Positions 8,239 to 17,343 of a stretch of DNA of 34,617 nucleotides are shown here, one piece after another. The stretch is from a virus (Duplodnaviria > Caudoviricetes), in IMG/VR virus record IMGVR_UViG_3300047278_000021, positions 1-34,617 of that record. One strand, 5' to 3'. Each line of letters opens with the position of its first letter. Within the stretch, counting starts at the first letter, position 1. Position numbers and translations under genes: made by a program. The notes under the pieces are model-generated. The model was not told where the DNA came from, did no database searches, and saw nothing but the letters and a program-made list of their open reading frames with translations.

Positions 8239-8607
8239 ATGGACTTTCAGTATCAAACTGACGATGAAAGGCAAAAGCTTTTAGCTCAATTCTTGCAAGC
8301 GCAAGAGCAAGCGAGAAAGATGATGCAACCGTCAAATGCGCCAGATATGATGCCTCAGTATGCAAGTCAAAGCGATATGAACTCGCCTGAAGCAAATATG
8401 AGTCCTTATGTCAGTGCAATTGGCACAGGCGGTTATGGCAACAATATTGCATCAGGCTTTGGTCAAATCAGAGGCAACATACCTATTGATGAGAACACGA
8501 CAATTAGCCCATACGCAGGTGGCGCAGGTGTTCGAGGCTCAGCAGGCGGGCAACGCTTAGGGCTGTTTATGCCGCAATTTGGCGTAAATCTCTCGCATAA
8601 ATTTTAA
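8239..8607 (+). CDS. hypothetical protein with Gln-rich N-terminus and beta-strand C-terminus ending in Phe
   Basis: GAGG RBS; ends ...PQFGVNLSHKF. Confidence 0.7.
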   Translation: MDFQYQTDDERQKLLAQFLQAQEQARKMMQPSNAPDMMPQYASQSDMNSPEANMSPYVSAIGTGGYGNNIASGFGQIRGNIPIDENTTISPYAGGAGVRGSAGGQRLGLFMPQFGVNLSHKF

Positions 8608-8616
8608 GGTTTGATC

Positions 8617-10815
8617 ATGGAAGCTCTCACAGGCATTCAGAAGTATCTGAACATCATTGCTCAATATGACAATGAGTTTAAGAAGTGGGAAGCACGCACA
8701 ACTAAGATTGTGAAGCGTTATCGTGACGATAATCGCAATGCAAACACAAATGAGACAGCAAAGTTTAATATTTTGTGGTCAAACGTTCAGACGTTAATTC
8801 CCGCTGTGTATGCACGATTGCCTAAAGCTGCTGTAAATCGTCGCTACGGTGATAACGATCCCGTTGGGCGTGTAGCTTCGCAGCTTGTTGAGCGTGCGTT
8901 AGACTTTGAGATTGAGCATTATTCAGACTTTCGCAGTGCAATGCGTCACGCTGTTGAAGATAGGTTTCTTGGCGGTCGAGGCGTTGCATGGGTTCGATAT
9001 GAGCCACACGTTGTAGCGCAGGATATGCCTGATGATGGGTATCAAATCACAGAAGACGTAGACAAAGAAACAGGCGATAACTCAGAAAACTCTGAGGCTC
9101 TTGACGGCTCTGCTGGCATGGATGCAGAACCGCAGGAAGAGATTGAGTACGAATGTGCGCCTACTGACTACGTGCATTGGAAAGACTTTGGGCACTCAGT
9201 CGCTCGCACTTGGGAAGAAGTCACGCAAGTCTGGCGTTGGGTGTACATGACTCGTGAAGCTCTTGTCGAACGATTTGGCGAAGACGAAGGCAACAAAATC
9301 CCTCTCGACGCAGGTCCTGAAAGCAACAAGCAATACACGCAAAACAATAAAGATTTCACACGAGCAAAAATCTGTGAATTGTGGGACCTAGAGACTGAGA
9401 AAGTTTACTGGTTTAGCAAAAACTCAGGCGTCATCATTGACGAACGTGATGATCCTCTTGAACTAGAGTCGTTTTTCCCATGCGCTAAGCCTCTCTACGC
9501 AACGATGACAAGTGACACGCTTGTACCTGTTGCTGACTTTGTGCTGTATCAAGATCAAGCGCAAGAGCTAGACATCTTGACAGATAGGATCGACGGTCTT
9601 GTCAAAGCTTTGCGTATTCGTGGCGTCTACGACTCGTCGCAACCAGCTTTGCAACGTCTACTGACTGAGGGTGACAACAATACGTTGATTCCTGTCGACA
9701 AATGGATGGGCTTTAGCGAGAAAGGCGGTCTAAAAGGCTCAATCGACATCTTACCAATTGATCAGATTGCAGGCGCATTGATTCAGTGCTATCGAGCTAG
9801 AGACGAAATCAAGGGGCAAATCTATGAAATTACGGGTATTTCAGACATTGTTCGTGGTCAAACTTCGGCAAGCGAAACAGCGACAGCTCAGCAAATCAAA
9901 GGACAGTACGCAGGTCTTCGACTTCGCTCGATGCAGGAAGACGTTGCACTTTTCGCCTCAGAGCTGATTCGTCTCAAAGCGCAGATTATTTGCTCTAAGT
10001 TTCAGCCACAGACGATTATTCAATACTCTGCTGCTGAGCAAATGAGTGACGCTGACAAAGAGTTAGTACCTCAAGCGTTGATGTTGCTCAAAGACAAACC
10101 ATTACGTAACTTCAGAATTGAAGTCGCAGCTGATAGTCTCGTGCAGATTGATGAGAATCAGAATAAACGTGAACGAGTAGAGTTTCTACAAGCTATGGGT
10201 GGTTTCTTGTCGCAAGCGTTACCAATGGGTCAACAAGCACCAGAGTTAGTGCCTATGCTCATTGATATGGTCAAGTTTGGCATCTCTGCATACAAGCAAG
10301 CAGCACCAATCGAGGGCACAATTGATCAAGCTCTTGAGCAGATGAAACAGAAGCAAGCGCAAGCATCAACGCAGCAGCAGCAGCCAGATCCTGAAATGAT
10401 GAAGATGCAAGCAGATCAACAGCGAGAGCAAGCACGCACTGAGGCTGATATGCAAATCGAGCAAGTCAAGATGCAGAGCGAAGCAGCTTTAGAGAAGCAG
10501 AAACAAGACTTTGAAGCGTGGAAAGTACAATTTGAAGCGCAAAACAAGCTTAATTTAGCTCGTATTGCTGCTAACCCGGGCGTTGACGTACCACTACTCG
10601 AAGCGCAAGAGCTACAAAGTAAACAAATGGTTCAACAACTTGCTGGCAGCCTCAATGATGCAATTAACAGAATGACAGAGCTGCATCAGAATATGTTGCA
10701 AATGCAAGCGCAGACAATGGCTCAGATTGAGGGCGTTAAAAACGCAGCATCAGCACCTAAACGAGTGATTCGTGGCGCTGACGGTAAAGTCATTGGCGTT
10801 GAGGTTGTGCAATGA
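8617..10815 (+). CDS. portal protein (P22-like, long C-terminal coiled coil)
   Basis: Size and position after TerL; IYEITGISDIVRG..ASETATAQ motif; Gln-rich helical tail. ATG 8617 preferred over TTG 8611. Confidence 0.88.
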   Translation: MEALTGIQKYLNIIAQYDNEFKKWEARTTKIVKRYRDDNRNANTNETAKFNILWSNVQTLIPAVYARLPKAAVNRRYGDNDPVGRVASQLVERALDFEIEHYSDFRSAMRHAVEDRFLGGRGVAWVRYEPHVVAQDMPDDGYQITEDVDKETGDNSENSEALDGSAGMDAEPQEEIEYECAPTDYVHWKDFGHSVARTWEEVTQVWRWVYMTREALVERFGEDEGNKIPLDAGPESNKQYTQNNKDFTRAKICELWDLETEKVYWFSKNSGVIIDERDDPLELESFFPCAKPLYATMTSDTLVPVADFVLYQDQAQELDILTDRIDGLVKALRIRGVYDSSQPALQRLLTEGDNNTLIPVDKWMGFSEKGGLKGSIDILPIDQIAGALIQCYRARDEIKGQIYEITGISDIVRGQTSASETATAQQIKGQYAGLRLRSMQEDVALFASELIRLKAQIICSKFQPQTIIQYSAAEQMSDADKELVPQALMLLKDKPLRNFRIEVAADSLVQIDENQNKRERVEFLQAMGGFLSQALPMGQQAPELVPMLIDMVKFGISAYKQAAPIEGTIDQALEQMKQKQAQASTQQQQPDPEMMKMQADQQREQARTEADMQIEQVKMQSEAALEKQKQDFEAWKVQFEAQNKLNLARIAANPGVDVPLLEAQELQSKQMVQQLAGSLNDAINRMTELHQNMLQMQAQTMAQIEGVKNAASAPKRVIRGADGKVIGVEVVQ

Positions 10816-11210
10816 CGCTTGAATATTCAAACGCTGTTAGACACGCTCAAAACGAAGGTTTGATTACTTATGCTGGCTCTAATGCGTTGTTTAATCTGTA
10901 CAACGGTGTGCAACCAGTCAACGCAGATACAGCGATTACTACGCAGACGTTGCTTGTAAGTATGCCTGTTGTAGGCGTCTTTGGCACTGACACAAATGGC
11001 ACACTTACACTCAGCTCTGTTACGCAAACAAACGCTGTGGCAACAGGCGCAGCTACATTCTTTCGTATCTTTAAATCTGACGGCGTTTCTGTCATCATGG
11101 ATGGCTCTGTCAGCACAGCGAGCGCAGACTTAATATTAAACACTGTTGACATCTTCATTGGTCAAAGCGTCGACATCACAGCAGGAACGATTATTCGAGG
11201 CAACTCATGA
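10812..11210 (+). CDS. virion structural protein
   Basis: Beta-rich; A.ATG.ATFFRI...DGSV motif of phage structural proteins. Confidence 0.6.
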   Translation: MTLEYSNAVRHAQNEGLITYAGSNALFNLYNGVQPVNADTAITTQTLLVSMPVVGVFGTDTNGTLTLSSVTQTNAVATGAATFFRIFKSDGVSVIMDGSVSTASADLILNTVDIFIGQSVDITAGTIIRGNS

Positions 11211-12808
11211 CAGTTACCGTAAAACACCCATTTGTAAGTGCTGTTGTCGATTCTGCTGACACGAGCTTAGTCAGGCCTAGTAACTGGAACGCTGATCACA
11301 CAGTCGTAGGTCTAGGCACAGCAGCAGAGTTAAATGCTGGCGTTGCTAACGGTGTTGCTACTCTTGACGCTGGCGGTCAAGTGCCAATTAGCCAGATCCC
11401 GCCTATGGGCGATTTGAACTATCAAGGCACTTGGAACGCATCAACAAACACGCCTGCACTTGTATCAAGCGTTGGAACTAAAGGTTATTACTATGTTGTT
11501 AACGTGGCTGGTTCGACAAACCTTAACGGCATCACAGATTGGCAAATCGGCGATTGGGCTGTCTTTAATGGATCAATCTGGCAGAAAATTGATAACACAG
11601 ACGCAGTTACAAGCGTCAACGGCTACACAGGCGCAGTCGTATTAACTGCTGCTGACGTAAGTGCTGTACCGTACACAGGCGCAACAGCAGCAGTAGACTT
11701 AAACGCTAAGACATTGACTAACGTTTCTCGTCTGGGCATCAATTCGACTGCTGTACCAGACATTCTGCTGCGTGCTTATGGCGATAACAACTCAACGAGT
11801 CGCATCGGTATTCGTGGTTACTCAGCAGATGCTAATAGCTCGTCTATGCGTGTCGCTAAGTTTCGTGGCACATTTGCTGCACCGCAAGCACCACTAAGCG
11901 GCGACAGTTTAGGCAAGTTTGAGCTAGCAGGTTACGGTACAACGTCATCAAGTGGGTATCCTCAAGCTTCGATTGAAGGCCTTGCTACAGAGAACTGGGG
12001 TGCTACAGCTCGTGGTGCAAAAGCTGTTGTTAAGGTGACGCCAAACACGACGATTACGCAAGTCACAGCGTTAACGATCAATCAAGACTCGACTGCTGTA
12101 TTTGCGAATACTGTCACTGCTAACGGAGTGTTGTTAACAGGCAACACAGGCACAGTCACAGGCGTCACAGCGACAGCACCAGTCGCATCGTCAGGCGGCA
12201 CAGCACCCGTCATTTCAATGGCAGCAGCGACAGCAGCAGTCAATGGTTACTTGACTTCGACTGATTGGTCGACGTTTAACAGTAAGCAAGCAGCAGGTAC
12301 TTACGTTAATTCAGTCTCAGCGACAAGCCCGCTTACGTCATCTGGCGGCGTTACGCCAAACCTTGCAATGCCAGCAGCCACAACGTCTGTTAGTGGCTAC
12401 TTAACAAGCACAGACTGGACAACGTTCAACAATAAAGGCTCTGGTAGCGTCACAAGCGTTGCTGCAAGTGTGCCTGCATTTCTCAGCGTTGCTGGCTCGC
12501 CCATCACAAGCTCAGGAACGCTTGCAATCTCGTACAGCGGCACAGCTCTACCTGTCGCAAACGGTGGCACTGGCGTTACTGTTGTTGGAACTGCTGGCAA
12601 TGTACTTACTTCTGACGGTAGCGTCTGGGTAAGCTCTGCACCAGCAAGCGGCAACATCACGACTAAAGGCTTGTACGAAAACGCTGCAATCATCTCTGCA
12701 AACTACACAATTGGCACAGGCAATAACGCTGTGAGTGCAGGGCCAATCACCATCAATAGCGGTGTCGTTGTCACTGTTCCCTCAGGTAGCGTCTGGGTCG
12801 TTGTATGA
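11207..12808 (+). CDS. fibre protein (head or tail fibre)
   Basis: NGVATLDAGG, YQGTWNASTNTP, VTSVNG, duplicated GYLTSTDW.TFN.K repeat, LPVANGGTG; C-terminal SAGPITI..G..VTVP.GSVW domain. Confidence 0.8.
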   Translation: MTVTVKHPFVSAVVDSADTSLVRPSNWNADHTVVGLGTAAELNAGVANGVATLDAGGQVPISQIPPMGDLNYQGTWNASTNTPALVSSVGTKGYYYVVNVAGSTNLNGITDWQIGDWAVFNGSIWQKIDNTDAVTSVNGYTGAVVLTAADVSAVPYTGATAAVDLNAKTLTNVSRLGINSTAVPDILLRAYGDNNSTSRIGIRGYSADANSSSMRVAKFRGTFAAPQAPLSGDSLGKFELAGYGTTSSSGYPQASIEGLATENWGATARGAKAVVKVTPNTTITQVTALTINQDSTAVFANTVTANGVLLTGNTGTVTGVTATAPVASSGGTAPVISMAAATAAVNGYLTSTDWSTFNSKQAAGTYVNSVSATSPLTSSGGVTPNLAMPAATTSVSGYLTSTDWTTFNNKGSGSVTSVAASVPAFLSVAGSPITSSGTLAISYSGTALPVANGGTGVTVVGTAGNVLTSDGSVWVSSAPASGNITTKGLYENAAIISANYTIGTGNNAVSAGPITINSGVVVTVPSGSVWVVV

Positions 12809-13233
12809 CAGCAGCTTTTCAGACTAATGCGTTTCAGCCTGATGCGTTTCAGACGCTCACAGTTACTGGCGTTTTAGACGCTACAGATCAAAACGACTCT
12901 GGCTCATTTACAGGCGTTGTACAGGTTGCGCCTATTGTCGTAATGGATATGCACGACGGTGGGCCAAAACGCAGAAAGAAAGAAGCTGAAAAACAGAAAA
13001 AGCGCAGGGATGACGTTTTAGCTCTTTTTGAGCATTTAGTCGAGGGTAAGCCACTAATTGCAGAAGAAATTGCTGCACCATTCATTAAGCAAGCTACAAT
13101 AAGCGAACTAAATGAAGTAGATTTTGTTAAGACTGTTGATTTTGATGCTCTCATAGCTGATTTATCAAAAGTGCAGCAAATCTATGACGCATATATTGAA
13201 ATGGATGATGAAGAGGTGCTGGCTCTGTTATGA
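12805..13233 (+). CDS. hypothetical protein
   Basis: AFQ.NAFQ.DAFQ N-terminal repeat; acidic DDEE.LALL C-terminus. Confidence 0.65.
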   Translation: MTAAFQTNAFQPDAFQTLTVTGVLDATDQNDSGSFTGVVQVAPIVVMDMHDGGPKRRKKEAEKQKKRRDDVLALFEHLVEGKPLIAEEIAAPFIKQATISELNEVDFVKTVDFDALIADLSKVQQIYDAYIEMDDEEVLALL

Positions 13234-13556
13234 AGAAGACTTACGTTTACGTTGACGGTGAATTAGTCGAGAAAGGCTCGGATGAACATCTTGAGCGAGT
13301 GTACGGTCCTTTTGTGATGCCAGACATTCAACCTTATCAAAGCATGATTGACGGCTCTATGATCACAAGTCGCTCACGACACAGAGAACACTTGCAAGCG
13401 AATGGCTGCATCGAAGTAGGCAACGAAAAGATGCAGACTCAGTACGCACCTATCTCGCAAGAGAGCAGACGCAACACGCTACGACAGCAGCTTGGTAACA
13501 TGACGCACAAAGAAGCGCAGCGAATTTTGACAGATTTACGCAGAAAAATTACTTGA
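13230..13556 (+). CDS. conserved hypothetical head-module protein
   Basis: DIQPYQSMIDGS.ITSRS.HREHL..NGCIEVGNE. Confidence 0.7.
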   Translation: MKKTYVYVDGELVEKGSDEHLERVYGPFVMPDIQPYQSMIDGSMITSRSRHREHLQANGCIEVGNEKMQTQYAPISQESRRNTLRQQLGNMTHKEAQRILTDLRRKIT

Positions 13557-13566
13557 GGGAGTATTT

Positions 13567-14487
13567 ATGAGCGATGAGCAACTAGATAGAAAAGAGCTGT
13601 TAATGCAACAATTCGACGCTGCTGAAGAAGCGCAGCCTGTTGTTGATGTGCAGCCAGCTACAAATGTAGCACCTGAGCCTGCACCAGAGCCACCAATATG
13701 GGATAGACCACCCGCTTCGTGGAAAAAAGACTATCACGAAGTTTGGCAAACAGCAGATCCGAAGCTGCGTGAATACGCATGGCAGCGTGAAGAAGAGATG
13801 AAGAAAGGCGTTGAGCCTTTACTCTCAAAAGCTCAGTTTGCAGATCAAATCCAGCAAGCAATTGAACCTTACCAGAACAATCTGCGAACGCTAGGAATTG
13901 CGCCCCCACAAGCGATTAAAGCTCTGATGGATGCTGACAACGTGCTGCGACACGGCACGCCTCAGCAAAAAGCGCAAATGTTTTCTACTCTTTCGCAGCA
14001 ATATGGTGTAAATTTAGGGGAAATCAACAATCTGCAACAACAGTATGTTGATCCCACTGTGTCAATGCTTCAAAATGAGCTTTCGAGCGTCAGAAATGAA
14101 GTTTCGTCATGGAAACAGCAGCAAGAAGAAGCACAGAACCAAGCTTTATTAGGTGAAATTAACGTTTTTGCTGATAAAGCTGAGTTTTTTGAAGACGCTC
14201 GCCCGACAATGATCCAGCTTCTGAACTCAGGAATGGCTCAAAACTTAGACGAAGCGTATAACAAAGCATTACGCCTAGATGAGTCTCTGTCTAACAAGCT
14301 ACAGCAAAGCACACAAGCTAAGACTGAAGCTGCTAAACGAGAATCAGCTAATAGAGCAGCAAAATCTGCTCGGGCGGCAGCGGTCAGCGTAAAAAGCTCT
14401 ACACCCGGAGTGAACACGGCTACCAAAGCGCAAGATAGACGTTCATTATTGGCCGAACAGTTTGACGGTCTTAACGAACGCTTTTGA
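13567..14487 (+). CDS. capsid scaffolding protein
   Basis: Acidic/Pro-rich N-terminus and coiled coil; directly upstream of the capsid gene. Confidence 0.75.
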   Translation: MSDEQLDRKELLMQQFDAAEEAQPVVDVQPATNVAPEPAPEPPIWDRPPASWKKDYHEVWQTADPKLREYAWQREEEMKKGVEPLLSKAQFADQIQQAIEPYQNNLRTLGIAPPQAIKALMDADNVLRHGTPQQKAQMFSTLSQQYGVNLGEINNLQQQYVDPTVSMLQNELSSVRNEVSSWKQQQEEAQNQALLGEINVFADKAEFFEDARPTMIQLLNSGMAQNLDEAYNKALRLDESLSNKLQQSTQAKTEAAKRESANRAAKSARAAAVSVKSSTPGVNTATKAQDRRSLLAEQFDGLNERF

Positions 14488-14508
14488 TAACCTAATCGGA
14501 GAGTAACT

Positions 14509-15510
14509 ATGGCCTTCGCCAATAGCTCGATCAGCGACATCATTGCGACTAACATTCAAAGCCGCACCGGTGAACTTGCTGACAACGTAACAAACAATAA
14601 CGCCTTGCTTCGTCGTTTGAAAGAACGCGGCAACGTCAAGACTTTTAGCGGCGGTAACGTAATTTTGCAAGAGATTATGTACACCGATAGCGCAACGGAT
14701 AATACAAATTCTTATTCCGGATATGAAGTTTTAAACGTCAGCCAAAATAGTCCTATCTCGGCGGCCCAATTTTCCATCACCCAGTATGCGGCAGCAGTGT
14801 CGATTTCTGGCTTGGAAATGATTCAAAACAGCGGTAAAGAAGCAATTATTGACCTGCTTGACGGTCGTATGAGTGTTGCTGAAGCGCAGTTAGCCAATCG
14901 TATTTCTCAAGACATTTATCTTGATGGTACCGGCAACAGCGGTAAAAACATCACTGGACTAGGTGCGGCTGTTCCTGATGCGCCTTCGTCAGGCACATAC
15001 GGCGGCATCAATCGTGCTACTTGGTCTTTCTGGCGCTCAGTCTCTTACTCTGGCGTCACTGACGGATCTGCTGCTGTTTCATCGTCAAATATCCAAAAAT
15101 ACATGGATTCTGTCGCTGTTCAGCTGATTCGTGGCACAGACAAGCCTGATTTGATCGTTTGCGATAACAACTATTATTCGTTGTACTTGCAATCGCTTCA
15201 GTCGATTCAGCGTATCACTGACGGTGGCAACTCTAGCGCAGGTGCTGGTTTTGCTAGCTTGAAGTACTACGGTGCTGGCATGGCGTCTGACGTTGTGCTA
15301 GACGGCGGTATCGGTAACGATGCTACCGCAAATCATATGTGGTTTCTGAACACCAAGTATTTGATGTTCCGTCCTCACGTTGACCGTAACTTCGTGCCAA
15401 TCGGCGGCGAGCGTCAAGCTGTTAACCAAGATGCAATTGTGAAGCTCATCGGCTGGGCCGGTAACCTCACATCGTCTGGCCCTCAGTTTAACGGCGTGTT
15501 GATTGCTTAA
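14509..15510 (+). CDS. major capsid protein
   Basis: 333 aa; GGAG RBS; HK97-type layout (LADNV..NNALL, YGGINR, PDLIV.D). Confidence 0.88.
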   Translation: MAFANSSISDIIATNIQSRTGELADNVTNNNALLRRLKERGNVKTFSGGNVILQEIMYTDSATDNTNSYSGYEVLNVSQNSPISAAQFSITQYAAAVSISGLEMIQNSGKEAIIDLLDGRMSVAEAQLANRISQDIYLDGTGNSGKNITGLGAAVPDAPSSGTYGGINRATWSFWRSVSYSGVTDGSAAVSSSNIQKYMDSVAVQLIRGTDKPDLIVCDNNYYSLYLQSLQSIQRITDGGNSSAGAGFASLKYYGAGMASDVVLDGGIGNDATANHMWFLNTKYLMFRPHVDRNFVPIGGERQAVNQDAIVKLIGWAGNLTSSGPQFNGVLIA

Positions 15511-15531
15511 TTAACATAAAAGGAAACTATC

Positions 15532-15828
15532 ATGGCTTATTCAGTCTCGCCAGTCATCGGTGCTACGCTTACTAGCACTGTTACCACTAACACTAACAGC
15601 GCAGGCACTGCTGTACCGACAAGCGGGCCTCTTGGGCTGCAAGTCTTTGGTTCAGACGGTCGTTTGTACGTTCTAGCAAAAGCTACTGCAAGCATTGCGG
15701 CTTCGGATGCAGATTGTTCTGTAGACGCAACCACATTTGCAGCTACAGCTTCTGGCGGTTCGTACACAAGTCCTGCTGTTGCTTTAGTTTCAGGCGATTA
15801 CGCTTGGTTCAGCAAAGCATCAGTGTAA
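15532..15828 (+). CDS. capsid decoration/cement protein
   Basis: Small Ala/Ser/Thr-rich ORF after the capsid gene; AAGGA RBS; followed by a terminator. Confidence 0.6.
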   Translation: MAYSVSPVIGATLTSTVTTNTNSAGTAVPTSGPLGLQVFGSDGRLYVLAKATASIAASDADCSVDATTFAATASGGSYTSPAVALVSGDYAWFSKASV

Positions 15829-15838
15829 AGTAGTACAT

Positions 15839-15872
15839 GAGAGAGTAGGGGCAACTCTGCTCTCTCGTTTTT
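15839..15872 (+). terminator. Rho-independent terminator
   Basis: GAGAGAGTAGGG-gcaa-CTCTGCTCTCTC hairpin followed by GTTTTT. Confidence 0.85.
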
Positions 15873-15890
15873 ATCTAACGGGAGAGGATT

Positions 15891-16436
15891 TTGGGACTAG
15901 ATAGCGATATTCGTAATGCAGACTCACAGTTATTTGTTGAGTTTTATACTTTTGAACACCCAAGTACAGATGTAAAAAAGCCCTATCAAGGTTCGCCATT
16001 TGTTAGAATAGTGGTGCCCGGTGATAAAACAAACATTATTGAGCAACCTGTACGTGAGAGCCATAAAACGAGATTTCCTCGCCAGTGGCTACATTATCAG
16101 ATGCAAAACAACGATGCTGCGATGATTGGCACGCCGTTAAAAGATTGGCACACAAGTCGACCGACTGAGTTTAATCAATTGCAATTAGAAGAATTAAGCA
16201 TTTTGAAGTTTCAAACTGTTGAGCAAGTAGCTACTGCTTCAGATATGCAACTTCAGAAAGTAGGCATGGGCGCAACAGGTTTGCGTGATAAAGCTAGAAG
16301 TTTCTTGTTGAACAAAAACCAGTCTGAAAGCCAAATTGAAATAGAGAGTACAAAGCAAGAAGTAGCTGAATTAAAAGCGCAACTTGCTGCTCTCATGGCT
16401 GAAAAGAAGGTTGGTAGACCGAAGAAAGAGGAATAA
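15891..16436 (+). CDS. hypothetical protein (TTG start)
   Basis: GAGGA RBS before TTG; KKVGRPKK C-terminus. Confidence 0.7.
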   Translation: MGLDSDIRNADSQLFVEFYTFEHPSTDVKKPYQGSPFVRIVVPGDKTNIIEQPVRESHKTRFPRQWLHYQMQNNDAAMIGTPLKDWHTSRPTEFNQLQLEELSILKFQTVEQVATASDMQLQKVGMGATGLRDKARSFLLNKNQSESQIEIESTKQEVAELKAQLAALMAEKKVGRPKKEE

Positions 16437-17342
16437 ATGTCAACAATGCTGCAATTAGTTACGCAAGTAACAAGCGAGCTAGGCGTATCAACACCAAACT
16501 CTGTAGCGGGTAACACCAATCAAGACGTTATCCAGATCCTAGCTCTGATGAACGCATCAGGCTACGAGCTACTGAAGAAAGGCGATTGGCGCAGACTTAC
16601 AAAGCAGCATTTGTTTACGACAGACTTCACTAACACGATTGGTGACGTTACTCTTGGCACGTACACGATTACAAACATTCCTAGCACCGTAGGCTTTGAC
16701 TCAACTTATCAAGTCACAGGCAACGGTCTAGGAAATGCTGTTTATATCGTTAGCGTAGACTCATTAACGCAAGTCACAGTAAATCAGCCTGCAACAGGCA
16801 CTTACTTGGCATCTAATTTGTGCTTTATGAAAGTGCAATACGATTTGCCTGCTGACTATGATGCGACTGTGCCACGTACCCATTGGGATAAGGCCAAGCA
16901 TTGGGAAATGCTAGGGCCAACAGACGCACAGCAATGGGAATGGTTGCTATCTGGCTTCATTTCGACTGGACCTCGTATTCGCTGGCGTTTGTTAGGAAAT
17001 ACGTTTCAAATCTGGCCGGGTGTCTCAACCAATGAGTTACTTGGATACGAGTATCGCTCACAAGGTTGGGCAGAAGCAGCAGACGGCACTGCTAAAAACT
17101 CATTTACAGCAGATAGCGACAGATGTATTTACCCTGATCGTTTGATGGTTCTTATGACAAAGTTGAAGTACTTTGAGGCTAAAGGCTTTGACACGACAGC
17201 AATGTACAGAAACTACATGACTGAGCTAGAGACAGTACTCGCACAAGACATGAGTGCTGCAAATCTGTCATTTGCGCCACGACCCGGCACAGTGCTGATT
17301 GGCTACGACAACATTCCTGACACTGGTTACGGCCCTAATTAA
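16437..17342 (+). CDS. head-tail adaptor / tail tubular protein A-like
   Basis: Position; TMLQLVTQV..ELG N-terminus; YDLPADY motif. Confidence 0.65.
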   Translation: MSTMLQLVTQVTSELGVSTPNSVAGNTNQDVIQILALMNASGYELLKKGDWRRLTKQHLFTTDFTNTIGDVTLGTYTITNIPSTVGFDSTYQVTGNGLGNAVYIVSVDSLTQVTVNQPATGTYLASNLCFMKVQYDLPADYDATVPRTHWDKAKHWEMLGPTDAQQWEWLLSGFISTGPRIRWRLLGNTFQIWPGVSTNELLGYEYRSQGWAEAADGTAKNSFTADSDRCIYPDRLMVLMTKLKYFEAKGFDTTAMYRNYMTELETVLAQDMSAANLSFAPRPGTVLIGYDNIPDTGYGPN

Positions 17343-17343
17343 C

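Noticed and set aside
17299-17343. ORF-track start at 17299 (also 18840, 30015, 30280, 30414, 30614)
   Set aside because: These create long overlaps; downstream ATGs with RBS or translational coupling fit better.
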